Part shown: positions 37,952-48,140 of the stretch, piece by piece
Layout of the letters: the number at the start of each line of letters is the position of its first letter
Numbering within the stretch: position 1 is the first letter of the stretch
Assembly: GCA_030539285.1 (NCBI GenBank)
Contig: JAUNSH010000006.1
Coordinates: forward strand, 9,027-73,026
Direction of reading: 5' to 3'
DNA from: Eubacteriales bacterium
GTDB lineage: Bacteria; Bacillota; Clostridia; Oscillospirales; Oscillospiraceae
DNA: 64,000 nucleotides
The notes under the pieces: generated by a model
The model's input: the letters and a program-made list of their open reading frames with translations, nothing else
Databases searched by the model: none
Told to the model about the DNA's origin: nothing
Made by a program: the position numbers and the translations under genes

Positions 37952-40600
37952 CTATATCTCCTTCACAATCTCCATAAAGCGGTCATACGAATATGCTCCC
38001 TGGAAGTCCGGCGCTTTACTTTGGAACACCATAAAGTACCGGTACTTGTTTCCTGCCAGCATATCCCACTGCTGACCGATCTTCGCCTTTGCCTTGGAGT
38101 CATCGTTATCCAGATGATCACCTTTGGTTTCAATCATCAAAATCTTTCCGCCAGTGGTCATCGCAATCAAATCCGGATAAGCACGGGTAGAACCGTTAAT
38201 CACAAATCCCTGTCTGGAAATGTTCCGATGCCACCACTTGATATTAGGCATAGAAGACAATGCCCAGGCCATCTTGCGCTCGTAGTCGTTCATATCCTCT
38301 TCGCTGGTGTATAGCGACTTAGGAATCACAGATGTCGCAATTGTCGGGGAAATGGTGGGCTTCAGGGCATAATTCGGATGGCATACAATCTTACCCTGCT
38401 CCAGCCAGAGATCAAATACTTTGGCACGATGTGCGTCCAGGAGTTCTTTGACCTTTTTCTCGACTTTCAAAACATACGGATAGGGAGATTGCTCCAGATC
38501 GGCAAGCTGATCCGCGTTCAGTGTCTCGATAACCCGGTCAATATAGCTCTGCAATTCCTTATCATTGATACAGTTCAGTTTGGAAAGCTTACTCTTGATC
38601 AAGCCTTTGCAGTGCGCCATGCGCACATTCGACGGCTGCTCATTAAACCATTCCTTGAAGAAAGCACTGTCTGCGCCGGCCAGCTTCCATGCTTTTGGCG
38701 TAGCTTCTTTGGAATCATCCACATCTACACGGGCCATTTCCGCATCAAGTGTGGTGAAGTCAATTTGAACATCTTTGTCCTTCAGCGTGAATCCGTGGCT
38801 TAAGTGCTCCAGATCCAGCAACACATGCTCGCTATCACTAAACAGGCTGGGACCGGTTTCCAGCATAAACTGAGGAAAGCGAAGAGCCGCAGCTTCATCC
38901 CGATATTCCTCGTTCATTCTGAACACATTCATCTTATCACGCACCTCCAAAGGAGCGGCATCCACTGCTGTATCTTCCGTATTGACGATCTCATTTTCAT
39001 AGGCATCATTTTGGCTCAGAGCATCGTTCAGCATATCATCCACAGGGGTAGGACAATCTTCTGCCGGGGGATTCGGCTGTATGGCTACGGACACCTTTGC
39101 CTTCAAATCGTCCATATCCACTGAAGGCAGTTCCGGCTCCTCTCCGGCAGGCGCTTGTGCAACAGGCGGCTGGATCTCCATCTGTCCGCCAGTGTGGTCT
39201 TCCGGCTCGGGAGAAATCTCCAAATCCACATCCTTGGCCCGATAGTCCTTGCTGCTGAAGCCGGCGTTGTTCAGCCCAGCGACAACCTTATCCAGAGTCT
39301 GATAAAAATTCGCAGAACAAGTTATGACATAGGACAGATTCAGCACATTGCTGGGATTCTTCTTTGTATCCGGTAAACGGAGTACTCTGCCGAGAATCTG
39401 TTCAACATCAACAGTAGATGTCCGGTTGGCCACAGTCGCCAAAACATACGCAAAGGGGCAGTCCCAACCTTCTTTCAGTGCATTTACCGTAATGATATAC
39501 CGAATGGGGCAGTCCGGGGACCTCAAATCGACATTCTTCAGCTCATCCTTGTCGGCTGTTTTGATGGCAATCTGATTTTCCGGGATACCGGCATCAATCA
39601 GCGTATCTTTGATTCTCTGATACGTTGTGCTGTCAGCGGCGTTTTTCGGCTGTGCCTGGAACAGCACAATGGGACGGATGTACCGGCCAGTGACTTGCTG
39701 ATCTTTCACTGCCTGCAATTCCAGCTTCTGGCGAATACCAATGGCGTCGGCAAATACATCATTCTGCGTTTTCCGGTTATATACGATCACCGGTAGTTTT
39801 ACCATATTTGCCTTCTTCAACTGGATGGCGTCTACAAAAGAAATGATGTTGCTGTTTTTCTTGGGTGTAGCAGTCAGATCCAGCACAAAGCAGGGATTGA
39901 AGTTTTGCAGCATTTCCACACTGAGCGTGGAGGTAGCATGATGGCTTTCATCCACAATAACCACAGGATTCAGCCCACGAATAACCTGAATCAAAGCAGT
40001 TTCATCGGTATCCGGCAGCAGGAAAGACTTGTCCGTCATCTGTTTTGGGAATGTGGCAAGGTTTCCGTTCTCCTGGAATGCCTTTCTTCCGTCCTTTTTG
40101 CTGGTACGGAAAGAATCGTAGCTCAGTACGAAGATGGAGAGCTGCTCAACCACAGCGGTAGGGTTAAAATTCTGTCCATTTAGCAACTGTGTCTTGGAAT
40201 AAACCTCCACACGGCTGCCAAAGTCGGTATCGATTTTCTGACGGTACGGATGATCGGGATTGGTCAGAGCTGCATATGTCTGTGTCAGAATCGCGTCAGA
40301 GGGCACCAGCCACACCACCGCCTTCGCCCGGGATACGGGCATGGAGTCAAAGATCGGCTTGATGGAGCTGGCTGCAAGGAATGTCTTTCCGCCGCCAGTA
40401 GGAACTTTGAAACAGACTTCCGGAACGCCGGGAAGCTGGGTGTGATAGAACGGCATCCCGTTGACACCGCCATCGACAACCACGTTTTTTTCGTTCCAAA
40501 GCGTAGCGTAAGCCTTGGAGACGTATTTTTTCTCGTTCAATAGTTCCAGAAATCTCGCTAAATCTGCAATTACATTTTTCTGATAAGGTTTTAATTCCAT
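37952..40600 (-). CDS. res: Type III restriction endonuclease Res subunit
   Basis: PTGGGKT, DESHH, TAT, LKEGWD, QILGRVLR; C-terminal YPD..IETKG nuclease. Confidence 0.9.
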   Translation of the reverse strand: MELKPYQKNVIADLARFLELLNEKKYVSKAYATLWNEKNVVVDGGVNGMPFYHTQLPGVPEVCFKVPTGGGKTFLAASSIKPIFDSMPVSRAKAVVWLVPSDAILTQTYAALTNPDHPYRQKIDTDFGSRVEVYSKTQLLNGQNFNPTAVVEQLSIFVLSYDSFRTSKKDGRKAFQENGNLATFPKQMTDKSFLLPDTDETALIQVIRGLNPVVIVDESHHATSTLSVEMLQNFNPCFVLDLTATPKKNSNIISFVDAIQLKKANMVKLPVIVYNRKTQNDVFADAIGIRQKLELQAVKDQQVTGRYIRPIVLFQAQPKNAADSTTYQRIKDTLIDAGIPENQIAIKTADKDELKNVDLRSPDCPIRYIITVNALKEGWDCPFAYVLATVANRTSTVDVEQILGRVLRLPDTKKNPSNVLNLSYVITCSANFYQTLDKVVAGLNNAGFSSKDYRAKDVDLEISPEPEDHTGGQMEIQPPVAQAPAGEEPELPSVDMDDLKAKVSVAIQPNPPAEDCPTPVDDMLNDALSQNDAYENEIVNTEDTAVDAAPLEVRDKMNVFRMNEEYRDEAAALRFPQFMLETGPSLFSDSEHVLLDLEHLSHGFTLKDKDVQIDFTTLDAEMARVDVDDSKEATPKAWKLAGADSAFFKEWFNEQPSNVRMAHCKGLIKSKLSKLNCINDKELQSYIDRVIETLNADQLADLEQSPYPYVLKVEKKVKELLDAHRAKVFDLWLEQGKIVCHPNYALKPTISPTIATSVIPKSLYTSEEDMNDYERKMAWALSSMPNIKWWHRNISRQGFVINGSTRAYPDLIAMTTGGKILMIETKGDHLDNDDSKAKAKIGQQWDMLAGNKYRYFMVFQSKAPDFQGAYSYDRFMEIVKEI

Positions 40601-40628
40601 ATTTTATCCTCCAAGACTGTAATAATGA

Positions 40629-42239
40629 TCAGCCCCTAGGTATTTCCGGAGGTAGATAAGGAGCAATTGCAGCAACAATTTCTGCTTTCTTTGTTCCTTT
40701 AACAAGAGCCACAATTTTTGAACAGTATACATCATTGTTCAGGCCAAAGAACCGTCCAACAGTTTTTGCAATATTCTTCTCATTGAACGCTTTAATCACA
40801 TCAGCATAAGAACCGTTTTTTGCTGCTTCAAATCTGGCCTCTTCTGTGGTTTTGATAGCCTCATAATCAATGCCCGCTAACAGAATATTTAAGCTTGCTT
40901 TTGCTTCAGTTTCATTCTTTTTAGAGATTTCAGCACTACCCAATATATACTTTATTTGGGCAACAACGCTTTGACATACTTGCCCTTGAATTTGTTTTGC
41001 AAACCGTTCGTTGATGACGTAATTTTTGACAGCAGCAAACACAGTTTCTGGATCATCACCGATGTGACCAGCAAACCAACGAATTAGTTCTTCTACCAGA
41101 AACAGGTTTTCAACCTCTGCCACATTAAGGGTGAATATATTATCAGTTTTGTACTTATCGATTTCATATTCTGATCGAAAATCCCGATCGATCAGACCGT
41201 AAACCTGGCAATGATGTAATGTAGGATTGTTTCTGAATACCTTAGTACGAGCAATGACCTGTGTACAGCTTCCACAGGGAATTACATAGTAATCAGAATA
41301 CAGTTCAGTGTAGAGCTGAGTATCATAGCTGTTTTTCTCACCTTCAACAAAGAGGATATTCTTCCGGCTTCCCAAAACTTCTAATAGCAAATCTTCTGGC
41401 AAATCCGTACTATTCAGTTTTTGGAATTTCCAATTCTGCCCATCATACTCCTGAATCCAGATTTTATCCGCTGTGCCATGCGCTGCAGCGAAGTCTGTAT
41501 CATGCGTAATGTAGATGAAAAGGCAATCAGGACGGAACCTTTCCAATGTTGTCCACATACGAGTCATAATCGACCGGTGAAGATGGATTTCTGGTTCATC
41601 CATAATCATGGTTTTATTTGGCGGCACACATAAAACTTGCGCTGCCAAATAAAGGACTGATCGTTCACCATCACTCATTTGATTTGCGGGATATCGCTTT
41701 TTTGTGCCATTATGATCTAGGATAGCGTAAAACCGCGAGTCTTCTACTTCGAGCTCTCTTTGAGGGAAAATAGTGTTCCAAATTTGTTTCAGTTTGTCAA
41801 CCGCCGTTATCGGTACATCTGGAATTGGGCTGTTCGATTCAACAGATGCTCTAAATGCTTTTACAAATCTATCGTTTTCATTATTTTGCATTGCTAGAAG
41901 TGCCGCGAGTACATCTTCAAAATCATTAAGTAATGTAGTGGTATACGAATGGCCCCAATTCCAACGGGAATTTTTTCTCATATCATGTCCGGGGGCATCC
42001 GTTCCCCAAAAAACTCTTTTTTCCGCAACATCATAGCTTTTTAGTGTTATATTCTCATTAAAGTTCAGGTTTCGTTGAGCTCCAATGCGATGTACCTGAG
42101 AAAATTCCTGCTGCTCGATCCATGCGCCAAGTTTACTCTTGCCTGATCCGTTGGCACCAATAATAATTACAGAGTTTTCTTCTGTGGTATAGGCTTCTTT
42201 TTTGTTGTTTGCGTCAGGAAGATAATACGTAAACGCCAT
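40629..42239 (-). CDS. ABC-type ATPase fused to DUF4435/TOPRIM (fused PARIS-like)
   Basis: GANGSGKS, MSDGER, MDEPE, ITHD; FVEGE, IDRD, EVENL. Confidence 0.82.
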   Translation of the reverse strand: MAFTYYLPDANNKKEAYTTEENSVIIIGANGSGKSKLGAWIEQQEFSQVHRIGAQRNLNFNENITLKSYDVAEKRVFWGTDAPGHDMRKNSRWNWGHSYTTTLLNDFEDVLAALLAMQNNENDRFVKAFRASVESNSPIPDVPITAVDKLKQIWNTIFPQRELEVEDSRFYAILDHNGTKKRYPANQMSDGERSVLYLAAQVLCVPPNKTMIMDEPEIHLHRSIMTRMWTTLERFRPDCLFIYITHDTDFAAAHGTADKIWIQEYDGQNWKFQKLNSTDLPEDLLLEVLGSRKNILFVEGEKNSYDTQLYTELYSDYYVIPCGSCTQVIARTKVFRNNPTLHHCQVYGLIDRDFRSEYEIDKYKTDNIFTLNVAEVENLFLVEELIRWFAGHIGDDPETVFAAVKNYVINERFAKQIQGQVCQSVVAQIKYILGSAEISKKNETEAKASLNILLAGIDYEAIKTTEEARFEAAKNGSYADVIKAFNEKNIAKTVGRFFGLNNDVYCSKIVALVKGTKKAEIVAAIAPYLPPEIPRG

Positions 42240-42257
42240 AAGCCACTCTCTTTCTCT

Positions 42258-43829
42258 TTACAGCTTCGCAATATCTCTGGGGATTTTCTTAAAAGTGATA
42301 TTGTATTTTGCCAATTCTTCCGCTGGAATGGTACACAGGTCTGCATAGATGATATATCCTTCAGCCTTTTCTGGGATGGTTGCCAAGAATGTATGATCAA
42401 GGGTAGTAATGGAATCCTTTTCATAGAAAAAATAATAGGCCGTGTCACGGCTGCTGCCCAGAAAATACGGATTTCCATTGCCGCTCACTGTCATTGCTTC
42501 CTTGGTTTCCATATAGTAGACATACTCCTGGATTTTATCAGCAGGCACATCCTCATTCAGATTCCCATTGGGAAGGAGCAGGACTTTTCCCAGATCGTAG
42601 AATGTAAAGCTGCCGCCGGTACCCTCCACAGCGCTCTTGCCTTCCCCATAGCCGTCAATCACCCGTTTAGCCCGCTCAGCGGTGATGCTGTCGGCGTAGT
42701 CCATCATTTCTACCAGAATGAACTGTCGGTGCCCGCCGTCGGTTTTATTCATGTTCAGAACAGCGTGGGCGGTGGTGCCAGAACCAGCAAAGGAGTCGAG
42801 GATAATTGATTCTGCATTAGTAGCAATTTGCAAGATACGCTCAATTAATTGATATGGCTTTGGTGTATCAAATGGCGTATCACCTTCAAATATTTTTTTG
42901 ATTTCTTTTTTTGCATCTTGAGTGTGCCCAACTTCTTCGTATTCCCACAGAGTTTGCGGTACAATTCCGTCTGAAACCTCGGAAAGAAAAATCTTTGGTG
43001 CGGGAACATTATTACCGTCTTTTCCCCACCAAATTCGACCATCCCTGTCCATCTCCCAGAATTTTTCCTCAGAGACACGCCAGTAGGAGCCAGCAGGTGG
43101 ACCAGGTATTACTCGACCACTTGGACAAGTAATTGAATAAACACCTTTGCTGTAAAAATTTCTAGCTGCTAAATTATTGGGACGCCACAATCCCCGAGGA
43201 TCATTGTCGTAGTTTTTATACGCCTTGTTTTGCTTTTCTGTACGAGGCATTTTGTTTGGAACCCATTTATCTCCATCTTTCGCATAAACAAGTATATAAT
43301 CATGATCTTCTGAAAAATGACGAGCAGTTCCTTTGGGTGCATAATTCTTATGCCAAATAATCGTCGTAATAAAATTATTTTCACCAAAAATTTCATTGCA
43401 AATTGCTCGAAGATTATGGAATTCCGTATCATCAATGCTAATAAAGATTGCCCCATCCTCCGCCAGCAACTTTTGCAGAAGCTTCAGCCGGGGATACATC
43501 ATGCACAACCATTTGTCATGACGACTAAGATCTTCCCCCTCCTTGCCAACCACTTCCCCCAGCCATTTCTTAATCTTGGGATCGTTGACGTTATCGTTGT
43601 AAACCCAGCCCTCATTGCCGGTATTGTAAGGGGGATCAATATAGATGCACTTGACTTTTCCCTCATACTGGGGCAGCAATGCTTTCAGTGCTTCCAGATT
43701 ATCACCCCGGATAATCATGTTGTCACTTTTCTCGGCGTTATAGGTATACTTCTCCTCCAGCACCCGGTAGGGCACCTGCTGGTGGTGATTGATCACTTTC
43801 TCTTTTCCGATCCATTCCAGTGTGGGCAT
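42258..43829 (-). CDS. mod: Type III R-M DNA methyltransferase Mod
   Basis: GDNLEAL, IDPPYNTG, TPKP, LDSFAGSGTT. Confidence 0.92.
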   Translation of the reverse strand: MPTLEWIGKEKVINHHQQVPYRVLEEKYTYNAEKSDNMIIRGDNLEALKALLPQYEGKVKCIYIDPPYNTGNEGWVYNDNVNDPKIKKWLGEVVGKEGEDLSRHDKWLCMMYPRLKLLQKLLAEDGAIFISIDDTEFHNLRAICNEIFGENNFITTIIWHKNYAPKGTARHFSEDHDYILVYAKDGDKWVPNKMPRTEKQNKAYKNYDNDPRGLWRPNNLAARNFYSKGVYSITCPSGRVIPGPPAGSYWRVSEEKFWEMDRDGRIWWGKDGNNVPAPKIFLSEVSDGIVPQTLWEYEEVGHTQDAKKEIKKIFEGDTPFDTPKPYQLIERILQIATNAESIILDSFAGSGTTAHAVLNMNKTDGGHRQFILVEMMDYADSITAERAKRVIDGYGEGKSAVEGTGGSFTFYDLGKVLLLPNGNLNEDVPADKIQEYVYYMETKEAMTVSGNGNPYFLGSSRDTAYYFFYEKDSITTLDHTFLATIPEKAEGYIIYADLCTIPAEELAKYNITFKKIPRDIAKL

Positions 43830-43844
43830 TATGATTGTCCTCCG

Positions 43845-44552
43845 TTATTTGTAAAGGTACTCTTTGGTGCATCGAAGTGTGCCAAGCTGATCTGTGCTGA
43901 AAATGGGCATCTGTGTAGAAAAATCCGTGCGAAGGTTTATTCCGCTGGTTCCGTCCAGGCGATAATGGTTGCTATGATCCAAAAAGATCATTCTCCATTC
44001 ATTCTGCAGCGGATATGAGTTCGTGGTGTCCTTGACGAACAGATGTGCCGTGCTTTTTTGATCTTCACTTTTCGTATCAAAATAACCACGAACGAGCTCA
44101 TGGTTGTGCTTATCGATATAAACCATGGGGTGGTATTCATATCCGCATCCTGTAATTTCAAATTCTTTTGCCAGCGAATCAATGAAATCAAAAGCGTTGA
44201 ATATCAGAAAATAGTCTCCAAACTTCCTCATTTCAGCAATAAAATCATCGTTTGGAGCATATTCGCCCTCAGAAACCATGTGACAATTATTATAGGATAG
44301 TAAAGAGGCAGAGAAAGAGCATACCGGACAATTCAGCTCATAGGAGACCACAGCCTCTTTTATATACATGGAGATGTCGGTTCCATTAATCCGGAAGGGC
44401 TTTGATGTATCAATATAGTGTTTTCCTTCCATTTTATCTCCCCGAAAATCTGTCGGATCTTCTTGGAATAGCTCAATAGGACTAAAATGGATAATCCCAT
44501 TTTTCAATTGTTCCAAATGCTCCTGCTTGCCAAACTTGATTAACAGCACCAT
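43845..44552 (-). CDS. Hypothetical protein, DUF2971/ADP-ribosyltransferase-fold-like
   Basis: LIKF..G.IHFS..RGD..EG; CSFS; LFVK..Y..QNEWR. Confidence 0.5.
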   Translation of the reverse strand: MVLLIKFGKQEHLEQLKNGIIHFSPIELFQEDPTDFRGDKMEGKHYIDTSKPFRINGTDISMYIKEAVVSYELNCPVCSFSASLLSYNNCHMVSEGEYAPNDDFIAEMRKFGDYFLIFNAFDFIDSLAKEFEITGCGYEYHPMVYIDKHNHELVRGYFDTKSEDQKSTAHLFVKDTTNSYPLQNEWRMIFLDHSNHYRLDGTSGINLRTDFSTQMPIFSTDQLGTLRCTKEYLYK

Positions 44553-44826
44553 TTGATCCTCACATTTCCTGTCTCCACGTTTCTATTTTGTACACGAAAG
44601 AACGTGAGAAACACCATTTCATATTAAACTATACCATATATCCCTGCAAAATTCAAACTGATATTATGCTTTACCAACTTTCTTCACACCGCATTCGGGA
44701 AATACCATAACCAGTTACATCAGTTTCGAGCAAAAGAACAATGCCGGCATTTTACGCGGTCGTATTGTAGCGAATAAAGTTCTGGAAAATGAGCCAATAG
44801 TTTTATTGAAATACATGGAAGGGCTA

Positions 44827-44965
44827 CCAGATAATGAATGGTATGCCCCTGCGGGAGATGGACACGATTGTGAATCCCGTCTGCGCCCTTTGCCGAGACT
44901 ACGAACAAGCCGGATTTGTACATGGTGTGCAGGTGGGAATGCTTCTGGCAAAGGAGTTGGCGTAA
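44827..44965 (+). pseudogene. 3' fragment of the DUF6809-like gene (copy of about 51638-51772)
   Basis: Near-identical DNA, e.g. atgcccctgcgggagatggacacgattgtgaatcccgtctgcgccctttgcc. Confidence 0.85.
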
Positions 44966-45004
44966 AAGATTGCACCGGAGGTGACTGTGCGCCTCCGGTG
45001 TTTG

Positions 45005-45804
45005 TCAGGAATGCAGAGTTTTCTCAAACCGTCGCAGAACCTTCCGCAAATCCTCCGGCAGACGCTCCCGACACTGCTGTTTCAGTTTCTCCGGGACGCC
45101 GTAGAAACCCTCGGCCATGGAACCGGCGATGCAGGTAAGGGTATCGCAGTCGCCGCCCAAAGAGACGGCGGTGCGGATCACATCTTCAAAGCTGCCCCCT
45201 TCCAGAAAGGCGGTAATGGCTTCCGGGACGGTTTCCTGACAGCTTTCCACATGGTGGTAGGTGGGGCGGATTTCGTCGCAGGTACGGCTCAGATCGTAAT
45301 GGAAATTGGCTTCGATGTAGGTCTTGATTTCCGCTTTCGTGCTGCCGGTGCGGGCCAAAAGATTGCACTGGCCGTTGCCTCCGCGCCCTTGATGCCCTCG
45401 GGGTGATTGTGGGTAACTTCCGCAGACAGGCGGGCCATGTGCCGGACGGTTTCCAGATTGTCAAACAGCCATCCGGCAGAGGACACCCGCATGGCAGAGC
45501 CGTTGCCGTAGCTGCCGTATGGCTGGGGGTTGGGGGCTTTCAACCAGCGGCGGAACATTCCGCCATATCCGGCGTAAGGGTATTTTCGTCCATAGGTCTG
45601 CATGGACTGAATCAGCTTCCATCGAATATCCTCATCTGTCACTTCGGGCGGGAGGGACAGAAAGGCATCCGCCACCGCGAGGGTCATGACGCTGTCGTCG
45701 GTATAGGTGGAATCCGGGGAAAACAGGGGAAAATCCTTGCTCTTGTTCCCCCGGTCAAACTCATAGGGGCTGCCGATAATATCGCCCAAAATTGCTCCGT
45801 ACAT
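45005..45804 (-). pseudogene. ADP-ribosylglycohydrolase (DraG/ARH family), frameshifted near 45357
   Basis: GDIIGS, YTDD, GNGSAMR, THNH in one frame; GGDCDT in another; one base missing in a T-run. Confidence 0.85.
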
Positions 45805-45806
45805 GA

Positions 45807-46451
45807 TTACTTCCTCCCTTTGAAGTCCGCGTCAATTTTCTGCTTCCAGCTGGCTTTCAGCGGGGCGGCGCGGCGAACCTGACACACTGCCTCGCAGACG
45901 GATTCATAGACCGCTTCCGTGCCAATGCTGTCGGCGTGGTAGTCGGCGGCACAGTCCGCCCGGATGCCGAACCGGGCAGCCTCCCGGGCAGCGTCGATAT
46001 TTGCCCCAAGGAACAGGAACTCCCAACCGTAGGCTTCCCGCTGCCGTTCGATCATAGCCTTGACCTTTTCATAAGTATAGCGGCGGCTGGCGTTCTCGAG
46101 CCCATCCGTGGTGATAACGAACAGGGTTTTCTCGGGACGATCTTCCTCCCGGGCGTACTTGTGGACATTGCCGATGTGGTGGATGGCTCCGCCCACCGCA
46201 TCCAGCAGGGCGGTGCAGCCCCGGACATAGTATTCCTTTTCCGTCAGGGCGGGCACCCGGTCAAGGGAAACCCTGTCGTGGATGACCTCCGTTTCGTTGT
46301 CAAACAGCACCGTGGAAATAACCGCTTCTCCCGGCTCCTTTCGCTGCTTTTCGATCATGGCATTGAAGCCGCCGATGGTGTCCCCTTCCAGCCCCGCCAT
46401 GGAGCCGCTGCGATCGAGGATGAATACCAGTTCTGTCAGATTCTTTTTCAT
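45807..46451 (-). CDS. vWA domain protein
   Basis: DRSGS MIDAS, TALLDA, ITTDGLENAS, FLGAN. Confidence 0.9.
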   Translation of the reverse strand: MKKNLTELVFILDRSGSMAGLEGDTIGGFNAMIEKQRKEPGEAVISTVLFDNETEVIHDRVSLDRVPALTEKEYYVRGCTALLDAVGGAIHHIGNVHKYAREEDRPEKTLFVITTDGLENASRRYTYEKVKAMIERQREAYGWEFLFLGANIDAAREAARFGIRADCAADYHADSIGTEAVYESVCEAVCQVRRAAPLKASWKQKIDADFKGRK

Positions 46452-46542
46452 ATGAAGTACCTCCTATACTGCGGTGTTTTTGTTTACACCCATAGTATAG
46501 GAGGTTTTTCGTATCCTGTGGTCAACTGCCAGGGGACATTTT

Positions 46543-47100
46543 CTACCGAATGCTCCACAGGAAGCAGTCAATCTTCTTGATATCACTGATCCATGTATAT
46601 CCGCGGAATGCGTTGTCGAATGTATCAAGACACACCATTGCATTATCTGTAGCTAGAAAACTTAAGTACCAGTTTTCGATTTCTTTGTAAAGCAGCACCG
46701 CATTGCGTAGTTGCTGTTCCTTGCTGCCGCCATCCAACTTCAGACCCAGGTTTTCCAGCACATAGCGATCCCAAATCGGTTTTTCTGGGCACAGGGTTGC
46801 AAGCATTTTGCTGGAAAACGATGCCTCAATGTTACCCGTTTTCTCATATAGGAATCGGAGGATGGATTCAAAGGTCGGCGAACCTTGCTTCATTTCCTCG
46901 AACAGGGAGTAGTATATCTTCCGCCAAGCCTCATTTCTGCGCACACGGTAAAATGCGTTAAATAAGTGCTGAAACTCTCTGTCCTCTGAGATATTCGTCG
47001 TTTTCGCCTTCTTCATAATCTCGGCATACCGATCAAGTCCCAAGCTGGAGGCGAGTCTCTCTTCCAAAACCTCAGCCGCGTTGAAATGCAAATCTGTCAT
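46543..47100 (-). CDS. Hypothetical protein with an HhH-GPD glycosylase-like motif
   Basis: SFSSKMLATLCPEKPIWDRYV and terminal KIDCFLW. Confidence 0.55.
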   Translation of the reverse strand: MTDLHFNAAEVLEERLASSLGLDRYAEIMKKAKTTNISEDREFQHLFNAFYRVRRNEAWRKIYYSLFEEMKQGSPTFESILRFLYEKTGNIEASFSSKMLATLCPEKPIWDRYVLENLGLKLDGGSKEQQLRNAVLLYKEIENWYLSFLATDNAMVCLDTFDNAFRGYTWISDIKKIDCFLWSIR

Positions 47101-47102
47101 CG

Positions 47103-48119
47103 TTATCCCCCAAGCAGGCTCTGGTCAAATTCAAACAGCGCTGCGTTGATATCGAACAGGTTATAGTTTTTCTCCCGGATGAAGTACATGATGATCACGT
47201 CGAATTTGCTGCTGTTTGTCAAAGCATAGCCCGCCCGACCGATCAGATCCCGGGTCTGATCCAAATTCAGCTCCAGCGCCAGCGCAAGGGCAATGGCGGT
47301 GGGCTTGGTGGGCTGATAGTGGGGATTGTTGCGGATTTTGGAAAAATGCTGCCGGGAGAGATTGGCTTTGGTGTAGATTTCCGAATCCTTTTTCCCGGTC
47401 TTATCAATGAGCTTCATCAGGGTTTCGGAAAAACCGGCATCCGTCTCCGCCAGCAGGTCGGCAAGGCTGGCTTTCGGAGGAGCCGCCATGGGCATTGGTG
47501 CCGATGCGCACACCTCGATATCTTCCAGCCGCTCCCGATATACTTCCACCCGGCGGCATTCCCGCGGTGCGAACTGCTGCGCAGTCTTTTCCTGTATGTA
47601 GTTATCATCAATGAAGCTGGAAACTTCCCTATAACGCGCGCGGGAAAGCTGGAAGGACTCCCGGTCAAATACCACCAGGGAAACCATCATCTCATGGTCA
47701 TTCAGAAAGCCTCGTATGGCATCCAGCGCAATGCGCAGCGCCTCATCCTTGGGAAAACCATAATTCCCGGTGGAAATCAGGGGAAACGCGATGGATGTAC
47801 AGCCGTTTTCCAACGCCAGGGAAAGGGAGGCTTCATAGCAGCCACGCAGCAGCTTCCGTTCCCCCAGCAGACCGCCCCGCCACACCGGGCCAACGGTGTG
47901 GATGACATACTTCGCATTCAGCCCAAAGCCGGGGGTGATGGCGGCTTCCCCCACGCCGATTCTGCCGATTTTCTCCCGTGCGGTCAGTAGCTCCGGCCCA
48001 GCCGCCCGATGAATGCCTGCATCGACCCCGCTGCCAATCACGGGCTTCGGATTGGCGGTGTTCACGATGGCGTCCACCCGCATTTGGGTGATGTCGTTTC
48101 GTACGATCTCAAAGGGCAT
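47103..48119 (-). CDS. Macrodomain protein with a C-terminal XRE-like HTH
   Basis: DIT..VDAIVNTAN..GVDAGIH, VIHTVGP, FPLISTGNYGFP; NLSRQHFSKI. Confidence 0.9.
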   Translation of the reverse strand: MPFEIVRNDITQMRVDAIVNTANPKPVIGSGVDAGIHRAAGPELLTAREKIGRIGVGEAAITPGFGLNAKYVIHTVGPVWRGGLLGERKLLRGCYEASLSLALENGCTSIAFPLISTGNYGFPKDEALRIALDAIRGFLNDHEMMVSLVVFDRESFQLSRARYREVSSFIDDNYIQEKTAQQFAPRECRRVEVYRERLEDIEVCASAPMPMAAPPKASLADLLAETDAGFSETLMKLIDKTGKKDSEIYTKANLSRQHFSKIRNNPHYQPTKPTAIALALALELNLDQTRDLIGRAGYALTNSSKFDVIIMYFIREKNYNLFDINAALFEFDQSLLGG

Positions 48120-48140
48120 ATTCTCCACCTGCCTTCTGCC

